Shown here piece by piece: positions 39,057-48,151 of a DNA stretch of 64,000 bases. Each line of letters begins with the position of its first letter. The first letter of the stretch is position 1. Below the pieces are notes generated by a model. That model worked only from the letters and a program-made list of their open reading frames with translations, had not been told where the DNA came from and did not search any database. The DNA lies in the IMG/VR virus record IMGVR_UViG_3300018080_000152, positions 21,914 through 85,913 of that record; one strand, given 5' to 3'. A program made the translations under genes and the position numbers. Origin of the DNA: a virus.

Positions 39057-39145
39057 GTGGGCTCAAAGGGGGTGCAGGAGTCGAACCTGACATTATCCAC
39101 TACCAGCCCCTCGTATCCCTGGTAAAGACACGGAGTTGTTCCCAC
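39057..39145 (-). ncRNA. tRNA-like RNA lacking an anticodon arm
   Basis: GTGGG/CCCAC closing stem, extra hairpin, T-arm CAGG-TTCGACT-CCTG. Confidence 0.55.
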
Positions 39146-39148
39146 AAG

Positions 39149-39220
39149 TAGCTCCAGGGGGAGTCGAACCCAATCCCAACCGGGTTTCGTAGACCCAGTG
39201 CCTATTCCGTAGGTGAAGCC
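39149..39220 (-). tRNA. tRNA-Arg(ACG), atypical D arm
   Basis: GGCTTCA/TGGAGCT, CTGGGT CT-ACG-AA ACCCGG. Confidence 0.75.
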
Positions 39221-39871
39221 AAAAATGACACCTTAGCACAAAATCTTGTGTCAATGTTGATGACCGAGCATTTTGAGTAGCAACACATTTTCATGGTAGC
39301 TCGTCTGTACACGCGCTTGCGAAACGCTTCATCAACTTTGTCCCTGTTATTGGGCGCTACCCCACGTAACAGCACGTTACTATAGCAGTGTTTGTTCTAA
39401 GGTCGCCTCGGAACACTTGCAAGATGCCCTTGACTAGCCTCACATGACTCTACCATTCTTGGGCAATGGCCGAACCATGTCCCTTTCGGGTTGACGGTTT
39501 CACCTTTCGGTTCCACCCGTAGACACTTCCGCACACTACTACTGTGTTTCACGGGTCACCCCGCTTTCCCAAGACAAATGATAAACCAATATCATAAATT
39601 GTCCCAACCGGTACGTCTGATAAACACAGAAAAACCACTATGCCTTACAGGTAGTAGTCCATATGGGGATATGGCTCATACCTTCCGGCTACTTGAGACT
39701 TTCAACGGTCCCCACCGTCTTATGTCCCGACAGTTTCGTTGTTATTAGAACGGAAACACGCCCTGCCAACAACCTGTCTTTCACATATGAGCATTCGAGA
39801 ATGCCCCTGAGCGCCCCGGTATCGAAATAAGCAACTCAGTTTCTCTACCCTGTGACAAAGGGTACGTTTTC
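39221..39871 (-). ncRNA. Large (~650 nt) structured ncRNA, possibly GOLLD/ROOL-like
   Basis: No credible ORF between two tRNAs; GNRA hairpins CCC-GAAA-GGG and ACC-GAAA-GGT; terminal TGACAC/GTGTCA stem plus T5. Confidence 0.6.
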
Positions 39872-39874
39872 GAG

Positions 39875-39950
39875 AGGCAAGCGTGGGAGTCGAACCCATG
39901 ATACGAGTTTTGCAGACTCGCCGCCAGTACCGCTGACTTAATCACTTGCC
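39875..39950 (-). tRNA. tRNA-Cys(GCA), atypical D region
   Basis: GGCAAGT/GCTTGCC, U73, CGAGT CT-GCA-AA ACTCG. Confidence 0.8.
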
Positions 39951-40178
39951 TTTTTTGTAATCTGTAGTAAGTTCATAAGAAAATCGTTGAAGAATGATTC
40001 ACGAATCTTTGGTGTATCATCGACTGGTTGTGAAATCATTGTGCCTTGAGCCTTAATGGCCGCACCCTGTTTGGCGGCTTTGGTCTTGGCCCCTGGCCCC
40101 GTGTAGCACTTCCCTTGCTTACCCCAGCGCCAACCACTCTTACCATCAACCGTGCATCGTTCAACTGGCATATGAACC

Positions 40179-40502
40179 TCAATCTTCTTTCCACCAGTCC
40201 TCAACATCAGTTACTTCTGCTGGAACGGTGGTGCCATCTGGCAATGTAACCGCAACTTCATAATTGGCTTCGTCATGAACATCAATATTGGTGTCCAAGA
40301 CGATGTTATCCACTTGAATTCTCAATTGAACATAATTATATCCATCTTTTATATTCAATATCTCTTTTGTGGTTTGTTCCCAGTCTTCTGCGTCACTACA
40401 CTGTAAGTCTATTTGACCATTTTTGCGCAGTTGCATAAACTTCTGTAAATGAGCTTCCAACTCAGCCTTGGTCTTTTTCTTGGCCATTTTCCTGTTCCTC
40501 AA
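40179..40502 (-). CDS. Hypothetical protein
   Basis: ORF, probable start MAKKK. Confidence 0.5.
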   Translation of the reverse strand: MRNRKMAKKKTKAELEAHLQKFMQLRKNGQIDLQCSDAEDWEQTTKEILNIKDGYNYVQLRIQVDNIVLDTNIDVHDEANYEVAVTLPDGTTVPAEVTDVEDWWKED

Positions 40503-40845
40503 TCAAATCCTTAAACACATTTACTAACCAGTCTTTTCTGACGCCGGGTTTGTCTTCATAGTGTTTATGCAAACCTAAGATACGCTTACAATTTGAACAA
40601 ATATCTATGTAAGTGCTGTTAACACAACTCGTACTACCACTAATGGGAAATTTTATCCAATCATTGGGGTATTCTTTGTCACTAATACCCTTACAAACGT
40701 CACACTGTAGTATCTTCATTCCTATGCTCCATATCCTATGTGTTTGGTGTGACGCGGGGTCATTAACCTTATAAGACAAAAATAATGCGCGTCATTTTCG
40801 TCTCCACGACGGTCATGCGCATGATGCAACCGTCTACGTCACAAG

Positions 40846-40917
40846 TGGCCCCCAAGGGAGTCGAACCCTCATCTAACTCGTTAAGAGCGAGCAATGTTAC
40901 CATTACACCAAGGAGCC
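40846..40917 (-). tRNA. tRNA-Lys(CTT)
   Basis: CTCG CT-CTT-AA CGAG. Confidence 0.92.
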
Positions 40918-41324
40918 TGAATTTTCTTTGCGTGTATTTTTCTATGACAATTCGCACAAACAACAACACACTTAGCAATTTCTGACCAGATGCGTTTTTT
41001 GCCACTGTCAGCTACTAAACGCGACACATCTTTTTCCTTTGTTGCTCCGTCTGGATGGTGAAAATCTAAACAACAAGGGTCGTTTTCAGGACAGCATGCA
41101 CATCCCTGTGCTTGTTTGTAGTTATTGATTTCTTGTAGTCTTGCTTGATACTGTTGTTTGTTGTACTTTAGGTAATACAGCTTATTACGTTGGTAATAAT
41201 CAGCATCGTGTTTCTTTTTACATTCACGACAACGTGTCTGCAAGCCATCTTTTTTAGCTTTGTTTTTGGCAAAAGCAGATACAAGAAGTGTTCTATCACA
41301 ACCACCACAATATTTCTTTTTCAT
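40881..41324 (-). CDS. HNH homing endonuclease with N-terminal Zn finger; 3' end overlaps tRNA-Lys
   Basis: CGGC...CREC; CACC...LDFHH...CVVVCANCHRKIH. Confidence 0.85.
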   Translation of the reverse strand: MKKKYCGGCDRTLLVSAFAKNKAKKDGLQTRCRECKKKHDADYYQRNKLYYLKYNKQQYQARLQEINNYKQAQGCACCPENDPCCLDFHHPDGATKEKDVSRLVADSGKKRIWSEIAKCVVVCANCHRKIHAKKIQAPWCNGNIARS

Positions 41325-41392
41325 ATATAATACCCCTTTCAAGGTATTATACACCAAAATACTCTTAACTCCAACAGAATTAAGAGTCAAAG

Positions 41393-41464
41393 TACGAGTA
41401 GGGAGAATCGAACTCCTCGTCCTCTGGTTGGAAGCCAGATACTCTACCATTGAGCTATACTCGC
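41393..41464 (-). tRNA. tRNA-Gly(TCC)
   Basis: CTGG CT-TCC-AA CCAG. Confidence 0.88.
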
Positions 41465-41530
41465 AGACGACTGCCGAAACAGTCGAAAGGACGTTGAGCT
41501 TAAAGTCGGTCGCCCCCACCGACTATTGTA

Positions 41531-41602
41531 TGGCCACCCCACCTGGACGCTACCCCAGGACTAACCGGTGACGCCCGGCCGTGCGCTTCGCACTCTGAGA
41601 TG
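41531..41602 (-). ncRNA. tRNA-Asp-like RNA with 6-nt anticodon loop
   Basis: CATCTCA/TGGGGTG-G-CCA; loop GC-GTC-A; T-loop GGTAGCGT. Confidence 0.6.
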
Positions 41603-41702
41603 TTATGGAATGTAAGGTGCCCATTTCATTCAAATTATTGGGGACCGCTTTTGAATTGCGTCAGGCTTTTTTCTATCCCCTGTTCCTCACATTCGTTTTT
41701 GT

Positions 41703-41775
41703 TGGTCGCCCCTCCCAGGTGCTAAACTGGTGCCTACTCCCCCATGGGAGCCGTGCGCACTTACACTCAAGGGCG
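41703..41775 (-). ncRNA. tRNA-Pro-like RNA with 6-nt anticodon loop
   Basis: CGCCCTT/AGGGGCG-A-CCA; loop CA-TGG-G; T-loop TTTAGCAC. Confidence 0.6.
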
Positions 41776-41778
41776 CAG

Positions 41779-41847
41779 TGGAGCACTGGGTAGTCGAAAC
41801 CCATCTTCCGCGTTGCAAGCGCAGAGTCCAAACCCCTTGGGTGCCCC
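41779..41847 (-). tRNA. tRNA-Ala(TGC), atypical D arm
   Basis: G3-U70 acceptor, TCTGCG CT-TGC-AA CGCGGA. Confidence 0.8.
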
Positions 41848-41859
41848 TCTCGTACCCTT

Positions 41860-41887
41860 ATTATACACCAGAAACTTGATTTGTCAA
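41860..41887 (-). promoter_or_regulatory. Sigma70-type promoter TTGACA-N16-TATAAT driving tRNA/ncRNA cluster
   Basis: Perfect hexamers. Confidence 0.8.
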
Positions 41888-42307
41888 GCCACTTTTTTCC
41901 GATTTTTTGTCGTCGAGTTCTACGTGTGGCCAGCCTTTCAATCTGTGAAATTCCACAGGTTCTATCTCAGCGCCACAATCCAAGCAGTGATATTTACCCA
42001 CGAGGGAATACAAGCCCTTAAATTGATAATTGTCATGTTTGCATGTCATAATAAAACCACTAGGAGATATGTTAATACAGTGATAAGCAATAATATGACC
42101 GTGAAGAATGAACTGCGCGTATGTGTATACAGGATTTCAATGAAGCCAGCCAACACTGTCAGCACTATGCCAATCAAAACCAACGTGAAAACCACACATT
42201 GAGGCATCCACGATATCAGTGGTGTCAACAACAATAAAATTCCCAACAGAGCTAATAGCCCAATACCTACCCCAAACACACATTGCCTCATGATATCACC
42301 TCATTTT

Positions 42308-42751
42308 TTATGAGAATGTACCAGAATCATATCTTCGTATCATATAATCAATAAGTAGTGATGCCAATACATCTATAACTAAAGTCTTTACGGATTTGCC
42401 AAAGGGTTTAACCCACCAAGGTAGCTTCGCACCTGTGATTACTGTGTCGTACAGAGCAGATATTGACGCTAAAATAGTGGCTTTCAACTCTATTGTGTTG
42501 TGTGTTTGCACCATGGCAATACGCACAAAATCATCTAAAGCCTCTAGCAAATACCTACCAATTACACGGATACTACGCTTACGTTTCTCGTCTACTTTCC
42601 AGAATTCCCACCATTCTCGGTTTGGAGGGGTCTCTGTAGAAGTCTCTTTACTGTGCCAGTTCCATATCAAAAACTTCAATTGTTGGTCCATGGACGGACA
42701 CGCTTTGACTTCTTGGTCTTCTGTGGAAAATACTACTTCTGTCTCATTCAT
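42308..42751 (-). CDS. Hypothetical protein
   Basis: 147-aa ORF. Confidence 0.55.
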   Translation of the reverse strand: MNETEVVFSTEDQEVKACPSMDQQLKFLIWNWHSKETSTETPPNREWWEFWKVDEKRKRSIRVIGRYLLEALDDFVRIAMVQTHNTIELKATILASISALYDTVITGAKLPWWVKPFGKSVKTLVIDVLASLLIDYMIRRYDSGTFS

Positions 42752-43188
42752 TACAACATCCCCAGTAAAACACTGTCGTGATTATTTATGTCAATAGCCA
42801 CAATGGTTGACGTACAACCATGCGAATAACAACCGCCAAGCTTTTCATAATGTCTATGTGCAAGCCCTCCCAAATTGAGCGCATCACACGGGCAGATTTC
42901 AACTCCGTCTACCACACAATTACCCCAACGTCTACCATCTCTGTCATCTTCAAAATCAACAACATGCCTACCAACAAACAAATGCGTTGGCTTATCTATA
43001 TTGTTTTCCAGAGCAACATCAAGCATTAGTCTCACTAATCGAATAGTAAGTTTACCCTCTGGGTTGTTACTGTCAAATACAACTAGGTTGTTATCCACAC
43101 CTTGTTCAATAGCGTCTAATAGTTCCTGGTCAGTAATCATATAATTCCCTTTTGTCTCATAACATGAATCAAAATATCTCCGTGACAC
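42751..43188 (-). CDS. Hypothetical protein, possible truncated major-capsid paralogue
   Basis: GVDNNLVVFDS...LTIRLVRLM recalls capsid proteins of similar large phages (recollection, unverified). Confidence 0.4.
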   Translation of the reverse strand: MSRRYFDSCYETKGNYMITDQELLDAIEQGVDNNLVVFDSNNPEGKLTIRLVRLMLDVALENNIDKPTHLFVGRHVVDFEDDRDGRRWGNCVVDGVEICPCDALNLGGLAHRHYEKLGGCYSHGCTSTIVAIDINNHDSVLLGML

Positions 43189-43406
43189 AACTTAGGGGCA
43201 CAGTAGCATCCCAGTGTTTTGTCTTTAAGCGAGGGAAGAGATGCCAATAACTCGGGCGACTCTAGGAGATACCCGAGATATTTGGCACACACCTCTTCTC
43301 TTGTGCCGTCTTTTCCAATCTCAAACGGATTGCCCCAACGGCCGCCACGCCCAATGTACACGTCGTATTTTGAGCGTCGTTTGTTCACCACTTTTGTCTG
43401 CTGCAT
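43137..43406 (-). CDS. DUF4326 domain protein
   Basis: VYIGRGGRWGNPF...LGCYCAPKLCHGDIL. Confidence 0.85.
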   Translation of the reverse strand: MQQTKVVNKRRSKYDVYIGRGGRWGNPFEIGKDGTREEVCAKYLGYLLESPELLASLPSLKDKTLGCYCAPKLCHGDILIHVMRQKGII

Positions 43407-44366
43407 GCCGTTAACATATCTACTGTGCCACGATGTAGTTCTTGTTCCTGGTCAAGTCTTTTCAACATCATAGCCGCTATGGTTATTAGGTCTTCTTTGT
43501 CAAACTCATGGATAGGAACACCAAAACATCGAAGGTCTCGGTCAAGCTCCATGTCGGCCAAACTTCTTTTGGCTCTTGCAATTTTGGCGAGATACCGAGC
43601 TTCATCTTCATCTGCCAAATGTTCTATTGCTTTCCATCCAGGCATTTTTATCTCACAACATTAGGACCAATGCGAAAACCCCAACCATGTGGGCCATAAT
43701 AGTATCGGAACAACGGACCCTTGCCTTGACCACCCTGACCTGGAGTGCGATGAAATTCTGGCCACGGACTCCATCTTGGCAATGGCTCTGGGCTACGACG
43801 CCGTGGGATAATATGTATGTGTGGCTGCTCGCTGTACGGGCGAATAATCGGACGGTAGGGGCGTCCCCAGGCATCACGATAAAACTCTCCCGGTCCCATA
43901 CTGTGTGTATGTGGATAAATACGCGGTGTGCTATGAACCTCAGAGCCACTGGCTTGTACTGCGAAAAACGTAACTAAAACAAAAACAAGTGAATAAACGA
44001 TTGATTTCATGTTTATCTCCATAATTAAGTAAGTGAAAGTGAATAACGAACGGTTGCCTTTTGTCCTTCTGGCACTTCAATCTGATACACGCCTGGAGGC
44101 AACACCGTGTCTTGTCCAATCCCCGGTGTCATTTCTTCCTCAATAACGCATGTCATTTCAACTGAATCCCCGACTTGAATCTCATTGCCGTTTTCGTCCT
44201 GCATAGATGCATCTCCTGTGAATTAAATGAAAAAGAATTCAAAGCATGTATGTAGCCACCATGCGCCAAAAGCAAGAATTGGACAGGCAATTCCAACAAT
44301 CGCGACAATACCCAAAATCATACCAACAACACCAAAAAAGTCTTCTAGTCGCATGTGATTTTCCTT

Positions 44367-45035
44367 TTAAGTAAGTGCATCCACAAGTTCCGTTATCTGG
44401 ATAGGATGCGGCTGCGTTGAATATCCAAACACGTTAAAATCCTGTTGGTACGTAGATACTACAGCGTCCACAATCTCTTGCTTATTGTAGTATGTGCGCC
44501 AATCCTTACGACCTACTGTTTTATTGACCCATTCTAGGTCTACGCTTAGGCCAGTTTGTCGCTTGACTTCTTCCCACGACTCTTTCATTTGTTCATATCG
44601 ACCAACATAGTTGACAATAACTGTCTGTTGGTCTTCCGAGCAAACGAACTGAACCTGCGGTCTAAAATGTAGTCCATTGCACGCCATCAGCGGCAGGCCG
44701 CGCAAACAAAAATCCTCAAAGCCGTTGAACTGCTGTAGAATTCTCTGGTCTGCCAAGTCAGTGTAGTATCCCAGACCACCACGAATAATGAATTCATATG
44801 CAGAAACCAGCCTGTCGAATGGATTTCTAACGAATGCAAACGTGAAACAGTCTATGAATGCATTTGGTCTCTTGTCACGATAATCCATCGCTGTGGCATG
44901 CATGCTGTTAATACCCAGGGCATCATCAATACTACAACCAGCAACCTTCGGAACATGAACAAAGAGAATCTTGTTCTTCATGTCAAACAATGGTCTCTGC
45001 ATTCTATCTGGCGTGTGTCTGTATTCTTCCGTCAT
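44367..45035 (-). CDS. Sulfotransferase (Sulfotransfer_2 family)
   Basis: FVHVPKVAGCSI, FVRNPFDRLVSAY, HFRPQ, GRYE, DFNVFGY. Confidence 0.88.
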   Translation of the reverse strand: MTEEYRHTPDRMQRPLFDMKNKILFVHVPKVAGCSIDDALGINSMHATAMDYRDKRPNAFIDCFTFAFVRNPFDRLVSAYEFIIRGGLGYYTDLADQRILQQFNGFEDFCLRGLPLMACNGLHFRPQVQFVCSEDQQTVIVNYVGRYEQMKESWEEVKRQTGLSVDLEWVNKTVGRKDWRTYYNKQEIVDAVVSTYQQDFNVFGYSTQPHPIQITELVDALT

Positions 45036-46447
45036 TATATCTCCCAGTCATAAATCTTAGCTCGTTGACGAACACGCTCAAGAGTTGCGTTGTTGTAAAC
45101 TACTCCGTTTTCAAACACATCCCGCATTACGTCTTGTCTATCATCTGACGCAGACACAGTATTCAACCAACGACCGTGGCTCGACTCTTCCCATACAAGC
45201 TTTAGCCTACCAGCCTTAGATTTCTTACCAGCATCTGTGATGGGGTCTTTCTGCACAATGCGCGACTGTCCGCGAACTTCTACTTCGGAACACTTAAATG
45301 CAAAGCGCTGTGTGTCACGATTGAGTTTTTGTAGTAAACCGCCACCGGAACCCATAGCCAAGTTATCGGCAGAAATTCCGTCTTCCTTCAATGTTTCCAG
45401 AATTCTAGACACCATATCGAAATCGATACCGTCACCCTGAATAACACGCACTTGTGGAGGAAGCACATCGTAACCCTTGTCATTTGTGGTATACCCAAAT
45501 TCTTTCATGAGCAGTTGGATAACCTTCTTGACTGTTGATGGTGGGTCTCCACTATCAGGACGCACGACAAGCGTACCCTCCCTGTTCATAATATCTTCTT
45601 TGAGGGTTTTACCCCATTTGTTTGTGCAGGCATCCCAAATATCGTAGCTGTCGCTCACACATGCAACAAGAGGTACTTCTGGATATGCCAACAGCATATT
45701 CTTCATGGCGTAAATTTCATTCGCTCGACCCCAACTCGTAATGGTTGAGTGCTCACTTGCTGGAATGGAAAAACCAGCTATATTACAACCATAAATCTTA
45801 TCTGCAAGGACCAAAGCTGGAAGTGTATCTGTGCCCTGGAAGTTTACCAAGTGGGCTGCGCCACCCAAAGCTGCTTGTTCAGGACATGTCACACCACGAC
45901 AACCGAAGTCGTGCAACTTAAAGTCTACACCATTAGGGTCGCCAGTTTCTTTAAGGTATCTCAACCACACCTTCTTCATTTCTCGTGATTGCGTAGCCAC
46001 CGTACAGGGATACCACACATTGACCAGCAAAGTCTCTAGGTAATTTGTCAGCCAAAAGTGCTTCGGGTCAGTTGCTTCAACTGTCATCATAACATTGCTG
46101 ACCGGAACGGGCGTTCCTTCTGGCACGGCCTTAATGCGCACGGGCAATCTACCTTCATGCCGCGTGGCAATATCCATCCAACCATCATAGTTGAACAGCG
46201 TTGCTCCAAAGTGAAGCTTAGCATATCTAGCTGCTTCCTCAACCTTTTCTTCGGTTACCACATTACCGTGCAGGTACTTAGCAAGGAAGTATTGAAGGCC
46301 AAAAAATACAGTCTTGCGCCAACGTGCGCCATCCCTGCTCTCAAAGTAAGAATACACGTTGTTTGTCCCAGCCGGGTACTGCCTATAGTGACTCATTTTA
46401 TACGAGTCGGTCAACATCATAATGTTATCACAACAATCCAAGCTCAT
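45035..46447 (-). CDS. nadV: Nicotinamide phosphoribosyltransferase
   Basis: TDSYKMSH, LHDFGCRG, SIPASEHS, VSDSYD, VVRPDSG, IQGDGI, GSGGGLLQ. Confidence 0.95.
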   Translation of the reverse strand: MSLDCCDNIMMLTDSYKMSHYRQYPAGTNNVYSYFESRDGARWRKTVFFGLQYFLAKYLHGNVVTEEKVEEAARYAKLHFGATLFNYDGWMDIATRHEGRLPVRIKAVPEGTPVPVSNVMMTVEATDPKHFWLTNYLETLLVNVWYPCTVATQSREMKKVWLRYLKETGDPNGVDFKLHDFGCRGVTCPEQAALGGAAHLVNFQGTDTLPALVLADKIYGCNIAGFSIPASEHSTITSWGRANEIYAMKNMLLAYPEVPLVACVSDSYDIWDACTNKWGKTLKEDIMNREGTLVVRPDSGDPPSTVKKVIQLLMKEFGYTTNDKGYDVLPPQVRVIQGDGIDFDMVSRILETLKEDGISADNLAMGSGGGLLQKLNRDTQRFAFKCSEVEVRGQSRIVQKDPITDAGKKSKAGRLKLVWEESSHGRWLNTVSASDDRQDVMRDVFENGVVYNNATLERVRQRAKIYDWEI

Positions 46448-46459
46448 TTTTTTCTCCTA

Positions 46460-47053
46460 CTATCCAATCTTAAATACCCAACTAGAATCCTGAAACAGTT
46501 TCGGCTTACCAAACTTTTGACTCAATTCATCAACCGCTTGTGTTACACCTGGATGACCATTGTTGTAGTCATGCCCAGACAAATAACCATCGGGCCTTAT
46601 CTTGCTAATCCAAGCATTGCTGTCTCTAATAACACCTTCATATGTGTGTTCTGCATCAATATAGACTATGTCGATACTACCGTCTTCAATACGACTTGTT
46701 GCCTCAACAGTATCCATTTTCATTTTTACAACATCATGTCCATCTGCACACCAGCGTGATAAACATTCGTCGAATACTGGCTCTGCATCATCTGGACGAA
46801 CACCTGGAAGTGGTGTTTTATATGTCATTGGTGCCCATATGTCAATAGCATAAAACTTCTGTATTTTACCACTACGTAAAAACACAGAAGCGCTTTCCCC
46901 AGCAAAACTCCCAAGTTCTGCCATGACAATATTTGACAGTCCGGTAAAGTCTATTAGGTCTAACAGGCCGTTGGTTTCGGCAGTAGTCATCCTCATTGGA
47001 TACAATGGCGCTTTTATCATTCTTTTCTCCAGTCTTCTACCGATATTATACAC
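46460..47053 (-). CDS. Class I SAM methyltransferase (Methyltransf_24-like)
   Basis: ELGSFAGES, YIDAEHTYE, GHDY. Confidence 0.85.
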   Translation of the reverse strand: MYNIGRRLEKRMIKAPLYPMRMTTAETNGLLDLIDFTGLSNIVMAELGSFAGESASVFLRSGKIQKFYAIDIWAPMTYKTPLPGVRPDDAEPVFDECLSRWCADGHDVVKMKMDTVEATSRIEDGSIDIVYIDAEHTYEGVIRDSNAWISKIRPDGYLSGHDYNNGHPGVTQAVDELSQKFGKPKLFQDSSWVFKIG

Positions 47054-47072
47054 CAGTTTTTCATCCTGTCAA
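47045..47072 (-). promoter_or_regulatory. Sigma70-type promoter TTGACA-N16-TATAAT
   Basis: Perfect hexamers. Confidence 0.75.
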
Positions 47073-48151
47073 CCCCAAATCTCTGACGAACCCAAGATTG
47101 TTTGTGCTGCGAATTTCCACGTTAGTTTTTGCGCAGTTTTAATACCCGCGACATTCTCTTGTTTATTATCATGAACAGCTCTCATGTGTGAAACTAAACA
47201 ATCGACTTGTTCATTTCCTAAAGCCGCCCATCTACCACCTTCGTGTTGTCCTTTGAAGAACACTCCGTCATATGCTTCTTCCGTGTCAGTGATTGGTATG
47301 AGATAACAATTGTTTTCATTGCAGAATTCTGTATGGGCCGAGTAATCTGTAGCAATTACTTGCTTGCCCATCGACATCATTTCCAGTAGCTCTAGGTTCC
47401 AGCCTTCACCACGCGCCGGAAATACGCCACAGTCCGCTTCTGCCATAACCTTAGCAACCTCTTTGTGCGACTGAACACGAGGTAAGAAGTTGATGCGATG
47501 GCCCATCTCTGTATTTCGATACATGTTCTGCCACGCCTTGTCATCTTCCTCGCTAATAAATGGGTTGTGGTTCATCATCCACAGGCGCACACGGTCTTTG
47601 GGGTTAAACGCTTTCGAGAATGCCTCTGCAATAATGTCGTGCCCCTTACGATACTCCCACTTGCCCACGTTTAAGAATGTCGTCCACGACGGGTCTGGCT
47701 CTCCAACTTGTTCGTTAAAAATTTCCCTATCAACTCCCAGCGGCACCACCTCCACTTGCTTACCGCCAAGGGGACAATTATCCAAAACTACCGTCTTTGC
47801 CCATTGTGAGCAAACAAGCACAACATCCATTACACTAACTTCATTTTTTTCAGCCTGGGTGAACCTATCAAGTTCAAAAATTGGATAACCAACATGAACT
47901 CCCCGACCAACGTGTTGCGCAAGGTCATGTTGATGCCAGATTCTTAAAGACGGAGCCCGTGGATAGTAGTTGTGTTTCTCATTATACGCACGTTGCACAA
48001 GAGGCATGAGAGACGGGTGACAATCCACTTGACCAATAGGCCACAACTTTACATCGACGCTTGCTGCGCAAAACTCTTTGAACAAGTTTGTGCCTACACA
48101 ACCGTATCCCAGTGTGTTAATTGGGCATGTCAGATTAAGACTTTTGAGCAT
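47069..48151 (-). CDS. Glycosyltransferase family 4
   Basis: VPLGVD, VGKWEYRKG, EGWNLELLEMM. Confidence 0.9.
   Translation of the reverse strand: MLKSLNLTCPINTLGYGCVGTNLFKEFCAASVDVKLWPIGQVDCHPSLMPLVQRAYNEKHNYYPRAPSLRIWHQHDLAQHVGRGVHVGYPIFELDRFTQAEKNEVSVMDVVLVCSQWAKTVVLDNCPLGGKQVEVVPLGVDREIFNEQVGEPDPSWTTFLNVGKWEYRKGHDIIAEAFSKAFNPKDRVRLWMMNHNPFISEEDDKAWQNMYRNTEMGHRINFLPRVQSHKEVAKVMAEADCGVFPARGEGWNLELLEMMSMGKQVIATDYSAHTEFCNENNCYLIPITDTEEAYDGVFFKGQHEGGRWAALGNEQVDCLVSHMRAVHDNKQENVAGIKTAQKLTWKFAAQTILGSSEIWG

Noticed and set aside
39221-39871. tmRNA, RNase P RNA or group I intron
   Set aside because: I saw no tRNA-like ends with a tag frame, no clear RNase P P4 motif and no interrupted host gene; a covariance search is still needed.
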